From Scenedesmus sp. PABB004 (taxonomy: Eukaryota), in NCBI GenBank assembly GCA_014905635.1, contig JABVCE010000007.1:806001-870000 (forward strand): a DNA stretch of 64,000 nt, written 5' to 3'. Below the pieces are notes generated by a model, which saw nothing but the letters and a program-made list of their open reading frames with translations, had not been told where the DNA came from and did no database searches. Below are positions 12,437 to 25,331 of this stretch, one piece after another. Both the position numbers and the translations under genes were made by a program. The first letter of the stretch is position 1. The number at the start of each line of letters is the position of its first letter.

Positions 12437-12679
12437 ACGCCGCTGCTGCTAGGGCAGGCACCGGCCAGCGCCGCTCGGCGGCGATCACAGAAAAACCGCT
12501 GGGCGGCGGCGGCAGCATCGGCGCACGAGCGGACAGCAGGCTCTCCGGCCACGCCGCGCGCCCCGCGCCCTGCCCCATCGGCAGTCCCGGGCATGCGTGG
12601 GAGGGCGAGCGGGCCTGGGCAGCGCCCGCTGCTGCGCGGTCAAAGTGCGCCAGCGCTGTCCCCGCGCCGCTCGGGCGCG

Positions 12680-15600
12680 ATGCGGGCCGACACCACCGCT
12701 CACGACGGGGAGGACGCTGCCAGCAAGCACGGAAGCAGCTGGCGGGAGGCGCGGCTCAAGGTGCGCGCCGCGCGGCGGGCAGCGGCGGCGCCGCCGCTGC
12801 TCGCGGCTGGCGCGCACGGCGCCCACCGCCGACCTGCCGTGCCCCCCTCTGCTCAGGCAGCGCTGTGGGACCTGCTCGACGATGTCTCCGCTGACGAGTG
12901 CGAGCTCGCCGCGGCGCGCGCGGAGCTTGCGCAGGAGCGGGCGTGCAGCCGCGCGCTCGCTGCCGAGCGCGACGAGGCGGCGGTGGAGCTCGCCGCCGCG
13001 CGCGCGGCGCTAGAGGGAGCGGAGGAGGAGGCGGCGGCGCTGCGCGCTGCGCTGGACGCGGAGCGCGCCGCGCTGGGCGCGGCGGAGCGCGGCCGTGCAG
13101 AGGCGGAGGCAGAATTATCGGAGTGCGCCGAGGCGGCGGCGCGGCGCGGCGCAGCGGCGCTCGGCGCCGCCCGCGCGGAGGCGGCCGACGTGCTCAGGCA
13201 GCAGCAGGTGCTGCTGGAGTCTCTCACGCAGCGCGACCAGCAGGTCGCTGAGCTCAGCCGCGAGCTGACCGCAGCGCGCGGCGCGGCGGCCGCGGCGGCG
13301 CGCGACGCGGCGGCGCTGGAGGGCGTCGCGCGCGCGACCGGCGAGCGCGCGGCGGCGGCGGAGGACGAGCTCGCCGCGGCGCAGCGCCGCATCGTGGCGC
13401 TGCAGGACGAGGTGGCAGGGCTCAAGGACCGGTGCGCGGCGCCGCGCGCTGGCCTTCACGCTGCGCCCCGGCGGGCGGCCTGGCCGGGCCAGCCCGCCAC
13501 GCACGCCCCCCCCCCCCCGAACACACACACACACACGCCGCCGCCCGGCGCAGGCTCCACGCCGAGCTCGCGGGCCTGGGCGAGCTGCGCGCGGCTGCCG
13601 CGTCGGCGGAGCAGCTCCGCGCGGGACTGGTCGTGGGCGAGGCGTCGGCAGCGGGCCGTGCTGCGGCGCGCGAGGAGGGGCAGCGCGCACTGGGCGCGGC
13701 CGGCGCGGCGCTGGCGGAGGCGCAGGCGCGGCTGGCAGTGCTCGAGGCGGCGGGCGGCGCGCGTGACGCGCTGCTGGCTGCCGCAGCGCGGGACGGCGAC
13801 CAGAGCGAGCCGGCAGCGGGCGGCGGCGCCGGTGCGGCGCGGCTGGCGGCGCTTGGGCTGGAGGCGCGGGACGCGCTGGGTGCGGGGCAGCAGCTGCAGG
13901 CGCTGCAGGCGCCGTTGCTCAACGAAGGGCAGGGCGCGCCGGCTGGTCGCGCGCTCGCCGCCACGGCCGCGCACGACGGCGGCGCGCAGGCGCTGGCGGC
14001 GGCGCAGCAGGAGGCGGCCGAGCTGCGGCTGCTGCTGGCGCGCCGCGAGGCAGAGGTGCAGCAGCTGCTGGCGCCGGAGCAGCAGCTGCTGAGCGGTGAG
14101 GCGGCGCGGGGCAGCGGCAGCGCCGGCCAGCGCATGCGGCTGCCGCAGCGCATGTGCCGGCGGGCTGACGGCGGCGGGCGCGGTGCGCCACCGAACGCGC
14201 AGGCACCTCGGAGCTGGTCCCCGCGAACCTCCTCGTGGCGAGCCGGGCAGCCCAGCTCGACGCGACAGTGGATCCACTGGAGGTGGCGGGGCTCCGGCGC
14301 GAGCTGGTCGAGCAGGCGGCCGCACAGCGCGACGCTGCGGCCGCGTACGCCGCACGCGCAGGCGCCCGCATCGGGGCGGCGCTCCTGACCCAGGCGTGGC
14401 TGCGCTGGCGGGCGGCGTCCGCCGCTGGCAGGGTGAGCTGCGCGGCTGGCCAGCCCACGTTCGGGGCCGGGCCAGTGCCAGCGCCGGCTGCTCACACGCC
14501 CCCCCCCCCCCCATCCCCCGCGCAGGCCGCCGCGCTGTCGCAGCAGCTGCAGGGCGCGCAAGCGGCGCTGCAACGCCACGCTGAGCTCCTCGGTGCCGCA
14601 GTTGACCGCGGCGAGGCGGAGGCGCGCCAGCTGTGCGCAGCGGCAGCTCTCACCGCGTGGCAGCGGCAGGCGGCGCGCCAGGTGAGCGCGCTGCGGGGCG
14701 GCGGCGCGTCCTGTGCCGCGCTGGGCTGCTGACGCGCCGCATGCACGGCCGTGCAATGGCGACGCCCGCAGGCCAGTGCGACGTGGGCGTGGCGGGGCCT
14801 GTCCGAGGCGGCTCTCGCGCGGGCAGGGGCCGGCAGCGCCGGCGAGCGCGTGCGCGGCCTCCTCCTGCGCGCGCTGCACCGCCGTCGGTGTGGCGACAGC
14901 GGCGGCGGCAGCGCCTGCGCGGCGGCGCTGGCGGCAAGGCGGTCCCTGGCAGTCGCGACGGGGGCCTGGCGCGCCTGGGCGCGGGTCGAGGCGCGCCGGC
15001 GCCAGGTCGAGCAGGCTGAGCGCCAGCTGGAGGGGCTGAGCAGCAGCCTGCCGGTGTGGGTCGCTCAACTCGGCGACCGCCGCCGCGTGGAGCGCGCCTG
15101 GCTCGGCTGGCGCCTCGCCGCCGTGCGCGCGCGCCGCGCGCCGGCGGCGGCGTCTGCGCGGGCGCGGCTGGCGCAGCCTGCCACGGGGGCAGCGGCCGCG
15201 GCCGGGGCCGCCCTCATCGCCGCCGCAGCAGGCTGCGGCGGCGGCTGGGCAGCGGCTCCGCCGGCACACGGCGGCGACGGCGGCGCGGTGCAGTGCGAGC
15301 CGCCGGCGCTGGGCGCTGCGAGCCGTCACGCAGCGGCGGCAGCGCTCGAGGCGGTGTGGCGCCGGCTTGGCGGCGAGCAGGAGCAGCGGCCGCAGCCCCT
15401 GGAAGCCAGCAACCCCGTCCCCGCCAGCCCGCTCCCCGAGGGCCAGGCCCAGCACCCGCAGAAGCTGAGCCTGCGCGGCCGGGGCCGCGGCGGCGCCGCA
15501 GCGGAGGAGGCCACGGCCAGCAGCTGCGGCGGGGGCGTGCGGGCGCGCGGCTCCGCGGTGCCGTCGCGGCGCCCCGAGGGCGGCTCGCAGGCGCGCCCGC

Positions 15601-16322
15601 GCGGCGCCGCGTTGAGCCGCGCCGTCGAGGCCGCCGCGCCCGCGCCCGGCAGCTTCGCCAGGCGGGATCGCAGCAAGGCGGCCGGGGCTGCGCTCGCGGA
15701 GCTGCGCGCAGGCGTGGCGAGCCTGCGGCGCAGGCCGGGCGCCGCGGCGGCCGGCGGCTCGGCCCAGCCGGCGGCCGGGGCGCTCGGGGCCGCCAAGGTG
15801 GCGACCACGAGCGCCGGCGAAGGCGCCGCCCGCGCTGGCGCTACGCCGCTGCCCTCGACCGTGTACCGCGACCTGGGCACCATCCGCGCCACTCTCACGG
15901 CTGCCCAGGCGGGGGTGGACCGCAGCAGCCGCGCGCTGTTCCCCGCCGGCGCCGGCGCGTCGCGCTCGCCGGGCGCGGACGGCTCGCCGCGGCGCGGCGC
16001 GCGTGCCAGCCAGGCGATGGCCGGCGAGCTGCAGCTGCACCTGCAGCACCTGGCGTCCAGCCTCGCCGCGGCGGCGCGGCCCTGGGAGCTGATCGGGGCG
16101 CGCGACCCGGGCAGCGGGCCCGGCGTGGCCAGCGTGAACGTCGCTGCGCTGCTCGCGGCGCAGCAGCAGCGCAGCGGGCGACCCACGGCGCGCGCGCAGT
16201 CGGGCGGCGCGGCGCCGGCGCCCGCGGCGGTCGACTGCCCGGCCGTGCCGAGCGCGGCAGCGCTGGAGCCGTTGACAGGCACGTCGCCGCAGCCGGGCGT
16301 GGTGCGCTTTGCGCGCACGTGA
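12680..16322 (+). CDS. Large coiled-coil protein with Trp-containing Sfi1-like motifs; function unknown
   Basis: MRADTTAHD...RLK|AALWDLLDD then long E/A/R/L heptads; later motifs LLTQAWLRWRAA, ALTAWQRQA, GAWRAWAR, RAWLGWR; GT-AG introns; TGA at 16320-16322. Confidence 0.65.
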
Positions 16323-16939
16323 GGGCGGCGTGTCGCGGCGCGCGCAGGCGTGGCCAGTTAACGACCCGCGTGTGTCGGCGACGTGAGCCAGGATACCACG
16401 TCACAGTGCACCACCACGCTGGAGCGCTCCCGAGCGCCCCGTCACTCGCGAGTCCATGAGTGGCGGCGCAAGGCCGCCCGCGCCGGCCCCAGCCCCGCCG
16501 CACCCTCCCGCACCGCAGCGCAGGAAACAACCGCGCCCTTTGAAACCAGCTGAAGGCAACCAGCTGAAGAAGGCAGCCAGCTGAAAGCAATGAACGGTCG
16601 GAGGTGGTCAAAAGCTTTCGTGCAACAGTTCTGCCCCGCGCCGACGACGTCGGCGCTGTTGACTGGTATGCCCCGCAATGCTGCACGTCAAGAGCAGCGC
16701 GCGTGGAGGCAGGTGGAACAGCTGGACCAGCAACAGACCGCCAGCACCATCACAGTGAGTCAGGCGGGGCCGGCCCCACGCCGCGCCGCCACAGTTTTTC
16801 CTGCCGACATTGGTCGGCATTTGATCGCGGCGACTGCGCGCGCGTCTGCAGAAAGCCCCTCCCCCCAAGGCAGGCGCGCGCGCCGCCGCCGGGCGCCGGC
16901 CGGCGTGCCCGGCGACCCGCCGCCGCTGCCGCTGCCGCG

Positions 16940-19900
16940 TCACACGAGCGGCTGGCACTCCGGGCAGCCGCTGATGTCCTCCACGCTGTAGGGCGTGTAC
17001 AGGCCCTGCAGCGAGCTCTGGCCCTCGGGCGCGCACATGCGCTTGCGCAGCGCGGCCCACGCCGCGGGCGTCATGCCGCCCGGCGGCGCCGACGCCGCCG
17101 CGGCGCCGCCGCCGGGCGCGGCGCGCTGCGCGCCGGGCGGGCCGAGGAGCGTGGCCTGCATGTTGCCAAACAGCTGGAAGACTGGCTCGCCGGGCGTCGC
17201 CAAGTCCACCAGCTCCAGGCACGCCTCGAGCTTCGGCCCGCTCCCGGGGGTGCCCCAGGTGCCGGTGGACGCCGGCAGCGCCAGGTCGCCCAGCCGCCTG
17301 CCCGACATCTTGGGAAGCTGCGCGCGGCGCGGCGCGGCGCGGCGTGGCCGCGCGTGAGGGGGCTGCGCGCGCGCGCGCACGCACGCGCGCGCCGGCGCGC
17401 GGCCCGCCAGCGCACGCGCACGGCGGCGTGTGCGGCGCGCCTGCGCGGGCAGCGTGGCGGTGAGTGTCGGCGCGGTGCCGTTGGCGATGTCGTCGATGGT
17501 CCCCACGGACAGGCGGAACGTGGCGTCCATAAACGAGGTGTAGAAGATGACCCAGCGATACGCCCCGGCGGTCGCCACCTGCGCGCACACGCGGCACACC
17601 GTTAGCACGGCGCGCGCGGCCCGGCGCCCGCGCCGCCCCCAGCCACAGCCGCGTGCCGCCCGCGCCGGCACGCGCGCGCGCAGCCCGCGCCTGGAGCTTG
17701 AAGCACATGCGGTCGCCGGGGGCGCGGAAGCCCGTCGCGCCGTTGGGCAGCAGCGTCGTGTTGGTCAGCGTGCGCTCGTGCGCGCCCGCGGCGAGGACGT
17801 TGCTCACGTTGCCGCGGTCCAGGCCGAGATAGTAGACGGGCTTGGTGAAGCCGTGCGGCGAGTCGAGCAGCGACGCCCACCAGTCGCGCGCCGCGGCGCG
17901 CAGCCGCGCGACGACCGACTCGGCCTTGGACGCGGGAACCTCGCTGCACGCGGCCTCGACGTGGGAGTAGCCCTCCAACCTGTCCGGCACGCATGTGCGC
18001 GCGCGGCCGGTGGTGGGTGGTGGGCGGTGGGCGGGGGGCGCGGCCGGCGGGCGCGTCGGCGGCCGCGCCCGCGCGCGCCCCCCTCGCCCGCGGGCGCGTC
18101 GCACAGCAGCGCTCATCGGCCCTGGCCCCGGCCCCCGCGCGCCGCACCGGTAGAGTATGTTGCCGCCGCCCATCCACTTGTACGTCCGCCAGCGCACCGC
18201 GATGCAGCGCTCAAAGCCCAGGCCGAGCACCATCGAACGGTCCTTCTTCACCAGCACGCCGCCGACGTCGTAGTCAAACAGCGGCTGCGGCCGCAGCACC
18301 TCCCTGCGCCGCGCAGCGCGCGTCGGTCGCCCGCCCGCGGGCCGGCCGCCCGCCCGCCGCCTGGCCGGCCGGCGGCCCGCCGCGCGCGCCGGCTGGTTAT
18401 CCGCCGCACCTGTCGGGGCCGAGGTCGGGCACCGCGTTGGCATCCCAGCAGTACGGCGAGAGCGAAAAGATCATGCGGTTCTTCTGGTCCCACGTCGCGA
18501 GGCTGTCGCCGCGGTACGACTGCGCCGGCACGCCGTTCTTGCCGCTCAGGAGCAGGTTGGCCACGCTGCGCCCGTCGAGCGTGAGCCCGGACGTCGCCTC
18601 GGGCGGCACGGCCGCGAGCTCCGCGAGCGTGGGGAGCAGGTCGGCGATGCTGACCGGCGTGCTGTCGACGCGGCCCGCCTCGACGCCGGGGCCCTGCACC
18701 GCCAGGAAGTTGCGCACGCCCCCCTCGCCGACAGAGTGCTTGAAGCCGGTCATGCGGCTGGGCATGCGGTACTGCGAGGGAGAGGGGGGGGGGCACGACG
18801 AGGGCAGAAGAAGACAGGGGCGTGGGACCGCAGCGGCGGCGGCAGCAGTGACCGCAGGCGGGCGGGGGCCGCCGGCGCCGCGGCGCCGCGTGCGCGCGCG
18901 CGGGGCACGCACGCGCTTCTTCGCCGGCGTCGCCTCGCTGTAGAGCAGTGCGGCGCCGTTGTCGCCGGCGATGAGGATGTAGGTGTTGTTGGCGTACGGG
19001 CTCGCCGCGATGGCGGCAAACACGGTGCCCTGCGCGGCGGTCGGCGGGCGGGCTGGCGCGGTCGGCGCGGCGCGGCGCGCGCGCGGCGTGCGCGGCGGCA
19101 GGGTGCGGCGGCGCGCACCAGCAGGTCGTCCAGGAACTTGAGCGCCGCCCACGCGTCGAGCGTCTGGGGGGCGATGCCGGCGAAGCGGTCGCCGGTGAAG
19201 AGGTCGGCGTACGCGGGCGGGTAGGTGCGCAGGCCAAGGTAGCGCAGCCCGGTGTTCTTGCTGCGCCACACGCGGCGGCGGTGCCAGCGGCGGCGGCGGC
19301 GGGGTGAGGGAGCCGCGCGGGGCGGGGCGGGGTTGCGCCGGCCGCGCTGTGCCCCTCGCAGCTATGGGACCGCCGCGCGTGCGCCGCACGCACGCACGTG
19401 TGTATCGCGTACGGCGCCCAATAGAGCAGGAAGGGCGGCGCGAGCCGCGGCTCGTCCGTCGCGCCGAGCCGGTCGTCGGGCGGCGGGCCGCCAAACCAAT
19501 AGATGATGCGCTGCACGAGCGACTCGTCCGCGGTCAGCTCCTCAGGCCGCTCGTGCGGGCCCGGCCCCGGTGAGGGCGAGGGCTCGGGCGGGGCCTCGGG
19601 CGCCGGCGAGGCGTCCGGCTGCGGCGAGGCCTCCGGGTCGGGCGACGGCTCCGGCTCCGGCGACAGGTCGGGCTCCGGCGACGGCTCCGGCGACGGGTCG
19701 GGCGACGGCGACGGCGACGGCTCCGCCGCCGGGTCGGGCGACGGCGACGGCGTGCCGTCGGGCGGCGCGCCGTCGCCCTCAGCCAGCAGCCTGCGGCCTG
19801 CGGGAGCCGGTGGCTTTGGCCTGCCGGGCGCTGCCGCTGCCGCGAGCTTGCCGGGCGCGGGCGCCGGCGAGGGCTTGCCGGGCCCCGACGCCGTCTTCGG

Positions 19901-21136
19901 CTTGCCGGCCGCCGCTGCCGACGCGGGCTTGCCGCCCGCGGACGCGGTCTTTGGCTTGCCGCCCGCGGACGCCGTCTTCGGCTTGCCGGCCGCGGACGCC
20001 GTCTTTGGCTTGCTGGGTGCCGACGCGAGCTCCGGGCCCATGACCGGCTCCGGCACCTCCCAGCTCAGGTTGAAGCCCGCGGAACGCCACGGCTCGTACC
20101 CCGGCAGGTCTCGGTTGTGCCACTTGCCGAGGTGGGCTGCCATGTAGCCGCGCGACGCCAGCACGTGCGCGACGGTCACCTCCGCGGGGTTGAGGTGGTC
20201 CCAGCCTGCGCCGCGCCGTGGCGGCGTGAGCGCGAGGCCGGCGCGCGCGCCCGGTGCGCGCGCGCGCGCGCGGCTGCTCACCCCCGTTGGTGCGCATCGT
20301 GCCCGTGCGCGCGGGGTGGCGGCCCGTGAGCAGCGCCGCGCGCGACTGCGCGCACTGCGGGCGGCGCGCGCCGGCGGGCGCGGCGGTGAGCCGCCGCGCG
20401 CGCGCGCGCGCGCGCGCGCCCGCCCTGCCGCCCCCACCTCCGGCGCGACGTAGAAGTTGTCGAAGAACGTCCCGCCCCCGATGAAGCGGTCGAGGTTGGG
20501 CGTCTCCACATACTGGGGGTTTAGCAGCCCGATGTCGTCAAAGCCCTGGCACGGCGCGTCGAGCCGCGGGGAGGTGTGTTGACTTGCCGCCGGCGACGGC
20601 GCCCGCGGGCCGCGCCGTGCCCCCGCGCGGCACGGCGGCGCCGCGGCGGCGGCCGCGGCGGCGGCCGCGGCGCGCGCCCACCTGGTCGTCGGTGAGGATG
20701 ATGATGAAGTTTGGCTGCGCCCCCGGCAGGAGCGGCGGGGTCAGCACGCCCCGCGGCGGCGGCCACACGGCGGGGCGCTTCACCTTGCACTGCCCCTGCA
20801 GCGGGTCCGCGGCGCCTGCGCGGCGCGGGGCGGCGGGCGGCGGCGCTCAGCCCGCCGCCCGCCGGCGGGCGCCAGCGCGGCGCCGCTGCAGCGCGCCCTC
20901 CCTGCGCCTGCGCGGGCCCCGCGGGGCTTTGCGGGAGCGCGTTCCGCGCAGCAGTGATCCAAGATCGTGGTCGTGCTGGCCGCGCCGCCCGATCGGCCGC
21001 GCCCGCGCGGGGCGGCGGGCGAGCAGCGTCGGGGCATCCGCCGCCCGCGGCGCGGCCGCGCACCCGGCTGGCAGGCCGCGAGGACCACGGCAGCGACCAG
21101 CGTCAGTGACACGTGGAGTCGTGTCATGCGTGGCAT
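16940..21136 (-). CDS. Secreted sulfatase (formylglycine-dependent S1 family), paralog 1
   Basis: Signal peptide (MTRLHVSLTLVAAVVLAAC); PNFIIILTDDQ|GFDDIG; TPNLDR; CAQSRAALLTGR; GYMAAHLGKWHN; LLYWAPYAIH; GDNG; GFKHSVGEGGVR; ADLLPTLAELA. Confidence 0.9.
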
Positions 21137-21620
21137 GCCGCCAGCGGCTGCCCACGCGTCGCGCCGGGCCCCAAGGCCGCGGCGGTCGCGATTTCAGCGC
21201 GGGCGGGTCATGCGCACGCGATCGCGCTTTCTAGATTTACCCGATGACTTTTCGGGCGGGCGCGGGAGCCTGGCGTGCGATTCTGCGCCAAAGAAGTGGG
21301 ACCAGCGCCGCCGTCACTGAGCCGCCGCGGCCGGCGGCCTAGTGACCCCCGGCCGTGCGTTAAGCTTCTTCACGCCTAAACACGTAGCTCACGCGCGCGT
21401 GCGGGTCAAAGCGACCGTCAAACACACAGCCCCGCCCGCAACCGCCGCCGCGCCCAACGAGAGCTGCCGCCGCCGCCGCCGCCGTGGCTCACGCGCATGC
21501 CTCTGGCAGACCGGCGCCGCCAATCGTAACCCACCGGCGCGGCAGCAGCGCCCCTCGGGAGCGCTCGCGGCGGCGCTGGCACTGGCGGCAGCAGCGGCCG
21601 CCACGGCCCTGCCGCCAGCC

Positions 21621-24600
21621 ATGGTCCACCGCCGGCGCGGCAGCGGCGCCCCGCGGCGAGCGCTCGCGGCGGCGCTGGCGCTGGCGGCAGCCGCGGCAGC
21701 AGCGGCAGCCGCGCCCAGCGGCGCCCCGGCCGCGCCGACGTGCGCGCCGCCGAGCTTGGCGGCCGTGCTGCCAGGCGCGGCGCCGGCGCCGCTGCCGGCG
21801 GGGGCGGCGCCGAGCTTCATCGTCGTCCTGCTCGACGACCGGGGCTGGGACGACATCGGCCTGCACCACCGCCCGCCCGGCACGCCGCCCGGGGCGCCGC
21901 AGCCGCCGGGCGCGCAGACGCCCGCGCTCGACGCGCTCATCGGTGCTGGGACGTCGTTCCCGTCGACGTACACAGCCCCGCTGTGCGCAAACAGCCGGGC
22001 CGAGCTGCTCACGGGGCGCGACTACGCTCGTACGGGAAACTTGTTCAACGGCTTCGGGTACGACTCCTTTGCCCTCGGCGAGGCGACCGCGGGCGACGTG
22101 ATGCGCGCCGCGGGCTACGCGACGGCCCACTACGGGAAATGGCGCGGCGGCGCCGCGGCGGCGCGGCGGCGGCGTGGCCGCGCGCGGCGAGGGAGCGGGC
22201 GTGCGCTGGCCGGCGGCGCGCGGCCGGCCGGCGCCGCGCGCGCGCCCACCGCGCGGCCGTGCCCGCCCGGCCGCGCAGGCACAACGGGCGGTCGGACGAG
22301 TTTGCTCCCTGGCGGCGCGGCTTTGACGAGTCGTGGCTGCCCGCGCCGTACGTGCATGTCGACAACCTCATGCGGTGCGGCGGCCGGCGCGGCGCGGCGG
22401 CGGCCCGCTCCCGCTCCCGCTCCCGCTCCCGTGCCTCGCCGCGCCGAGCGCGCGTCCGCCGCCGCGCCGCGCGCGTGCCCGCCGCCGCGCCGCGCGCGCG
22501 CCCGACAGGCACAACGGGCAGGTCGTGCAGACGAGCGGGCTGATGGAGCAGGTGCTGGTGGACAAGATGCTGGAGTTCCTCGCGCTGCGCGAGGCGGACG
22601 GGCGGCCGTTCTTCATATACTGGGCGCCCTACGCCATCCACAGGCAGGCCGCGGGGTTTAGGCGCGGCGGGCGGCCGCGGGGTTTAGCGCGGCGGCGGCC
22701 CGCGGGGCGGGGCGGGGCGGGGCGGGGCGAAGCACAGCGGCGCGCGGGCACGCAGGCGAGCGGGCGGCGCCGCCGCGCGCCCACGGCCCGCGCCGCGCCG
22801 CCCGCGCGCAGGCTGCTGCCGCCGCCGCGGAGCGGCTCAAAGCGCAACACCAGCAGCACCGCGCCCGGGGCGGGGGCGCGGCGGCGGCGGCCGCCGCCAC
22901 CCCCGGCCGCGACGACGGCGACGGCACGGGCAACGCGGCGTTTGCGCCGGAGCCGTACCTCTCGCGCGTCCGCGCCGCCAACCCCGGCGCGTGCACGGAC
23001 AACATCCGGGTGCGGCGGCGGCGGGCGGCGCGGGCGCGCCGCTGCCAGGGCTCTGCGCGCCGCGCCGCGCCCGCCGGGGGCCGCCCGGGGCCGCCGTCGG
23101 CCGCCGTGACAGCACCGCGCCGCGCAGATGTGGGCCTTTCTGGCCTACTTTGACGACGTCCTGGGCCGCCTGGTCGCGGCGCTGGACGCGAGCCCGCTGT
23201 CGGCGCGCACCTACCTGATGGTCACCGCCGACAACGGCCCCGGCATCTCGCCCAAGATCGCGCGCTCGGCCGGCCGGAGCTCGGTGCGGACGGCAGCCCC
23301 ACGGCACGCGCGCGCGCGCGCGCGCGCGCCGTCCCCCGTCGCGGCGGCGCGCCCGCCCGCGCTCACGCGCTCGCGCGCTCGCGCGTGTGCCGCGCGCCCG
23401 CGCGCACCGCGCCGCGCCGCGCAGCGCGCCTGCATCGCGGGGCGCATGCCGAGCCGCATGCTGGGCTACAAGAACAGCTACGAGTCTTTCCTGGGCGGCC
23501 GCGGCAGCGAGGGCGCGCTGCGCAACCACCTGGTGCGCGGCGCGCGCGGCAGCCCGGGGAGCGCCGCGCGCGGCGCGCAGCGCGCGCGGCGCCGCCCCGT
23601 CCCGACGCGCCGCCCGCGCCACGCCGCGCCGCGCCGCCGCGCAGGTCGTGCGCGGGCCGGGCGTCGCGGCGGGCGCGGTGCGCGAGGACGCGCTCGCCGC
23701 GCTGTCCGACGTCCTGCCCACCGTCGCGGAGCTCGCGGGCGTGGCGCCGCCCGCGGGCACGCCGCGCTGGAGCGGGCTGAGCCTCGCGAGCCTGCTCGCG
23801 CCGGGGTCGGCCCCGAGCGCGGAGATCGCTGGGCGCTACGTGTTCACCCTGGTCGACTGCCCCAGCCTCGACCGCGTGATGCGCGGCGTGCTGGACCTGG
23901 ACACCGACCGTCGCACGTTCAAGCCGCAGGCGCGGCTGTCGTACGACCCGCCCGGCGGCTTCGGCGCCTGCATCGTCGGCCTGCGCGGGCCGCACAAGTG
24001 GTTTGGCGCGACGGGGCGCGTCTTTGCGTTCGCCAACGGCAGCCACGTCGAGGCGCCGTGCAGCGAGCTGCCGGCCGACGCGGCGGCGCCGCTCGCGGCC
24101 GCGTTTGACGCCGCCGCGCGCGCGTGGTGGGACGGCGTCGTCGCCGAGCCGCACTCCTTCCAGAAGCCGCGCTTCCAGCTCGGCGGCGACCAGGTGGTGA
24201 CCAACATGGAGGCGGCCGCGGCGATGGACATCGGCGGCCCCAACGTGCGCATCAACACGCAGCGCGCGACCGGCTTTGCCGCGCCCGGCGACCGCGTGTG
24301 CTTCAACGCCAACGTGCGCGCGCGCGGCGGGGGGCGGCGGCGGGGGCGCGCCGGGCCGCGTGCGCCGCCGGCGCGCGGGCGAGCGGGCGCGCGGGCGGCG
24401 GGGGGGGGGCCGGGGCGGGGGGGCCGTGGCGGGCCGCTGCGCGCGCGACCCGCTGCGGCCGCCGTCGCCCGCGCGCAGGTGACCGCGGCCGGGCGCTACG
24501 CGGTGGTTGTCCTGTACTTTTCAGACCTGCCCAACGCGCGCGCGCGCGTCGCGCTCGGGGCCTGGTCCGACATCCTGGCCCGCGCCGCGCCCGAGGTGGA

Positions 24601-24905
24601 GTTTGACGTCCGCGCCGTGGTGAGCGCGCCGCGCGGGGATCGGGGCGCAGGCCTCGCGGCGCGCGCGCGCGGAGCGCCGACCCGGCGCGCCGCCGCGCCG
24701 TCGCCGCGCCGCCTCCGCGCGCAGGGCGCGCCCGGCGAGGTCGGCGTCCACGGCCGCACGTCGATGCTGGGCGGCTTCCTGGACCTGCCCGCCTCGCCGC
24801 TGGGCGCCGACCAGGAGGCTTGCTTTACGCTCACGCGCGGCGGCGGCAACGACACCGCCGCCCCCGGCAACGACGCCGGCGCCCCCGGCAACGGCAGCAG
24901 CGGCA

Positions 24906-24957
<52 letters not shown>

Positions 24958-25331
24958 TGGAGCTGGTGAATCTTCGGTTCATCGCTTGCGCCGGCACCGA
25001 CGACGACTGCGCCAACCTGACGGCCAAGTTCCGCGGCCCGCCGGACGGCCTGCCGCTCGGCGCCGCGGCGGGGGGCATCCCCGCGGCGCCGGCGCGCTAC
25101 GCGCGGCTGGTGCCGACGCCGGCGATGCGCGCGTATGAGCGCCGCGCGCGAGCGGCCGCGGCGGCCGACCTCGCGGCGCGCGAGGCCGCGGCCGACGGCG
25201 GCGGCGCGGGGCTGAGCGCGGCGGCGCGCGCGTGGCGCCGCCTCCAGCTGCGCTACCTGTGGCCGGACGGGCAGGTCGTGGGCAAGACGCTGTTTTCCCT
25301 GCGCGTGGAGGACGTGGACGACACGGCCTGA
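21621..25331 (+). CDS. Secreted sulfatase (S1 family), paralog 2
   Basis: PSFIVVLLDDRGWDDIG; TPALDAL; CANSRAELLTGR; GYATAHYGKW|HNG; FIYWAPYAIH; TADNG; GYKNSYE; SDVLPTVAELA. The C-terminal region parallels paralog 1 (TGFAAPGDRVCF vs TGFRAPGDRMCF). Reading frame unresolved near 24900-24960. Confidence 0.9.

Noticed and set aside
19880..20015. 27-nt repeats as a CRISPR-like array
   Set aside because: No unique spacers; in-frame coding repeats (KPKTASAAG); eukaryotic context with no cas genes.
22861..22880. Possible frameshift at a G run in sulfatase-2
   Set aside because: Using the GC donor at 22648 gives a continuous frame (HRQ|AAAAAAERLK...FAPEPYL), so no indel is needed.
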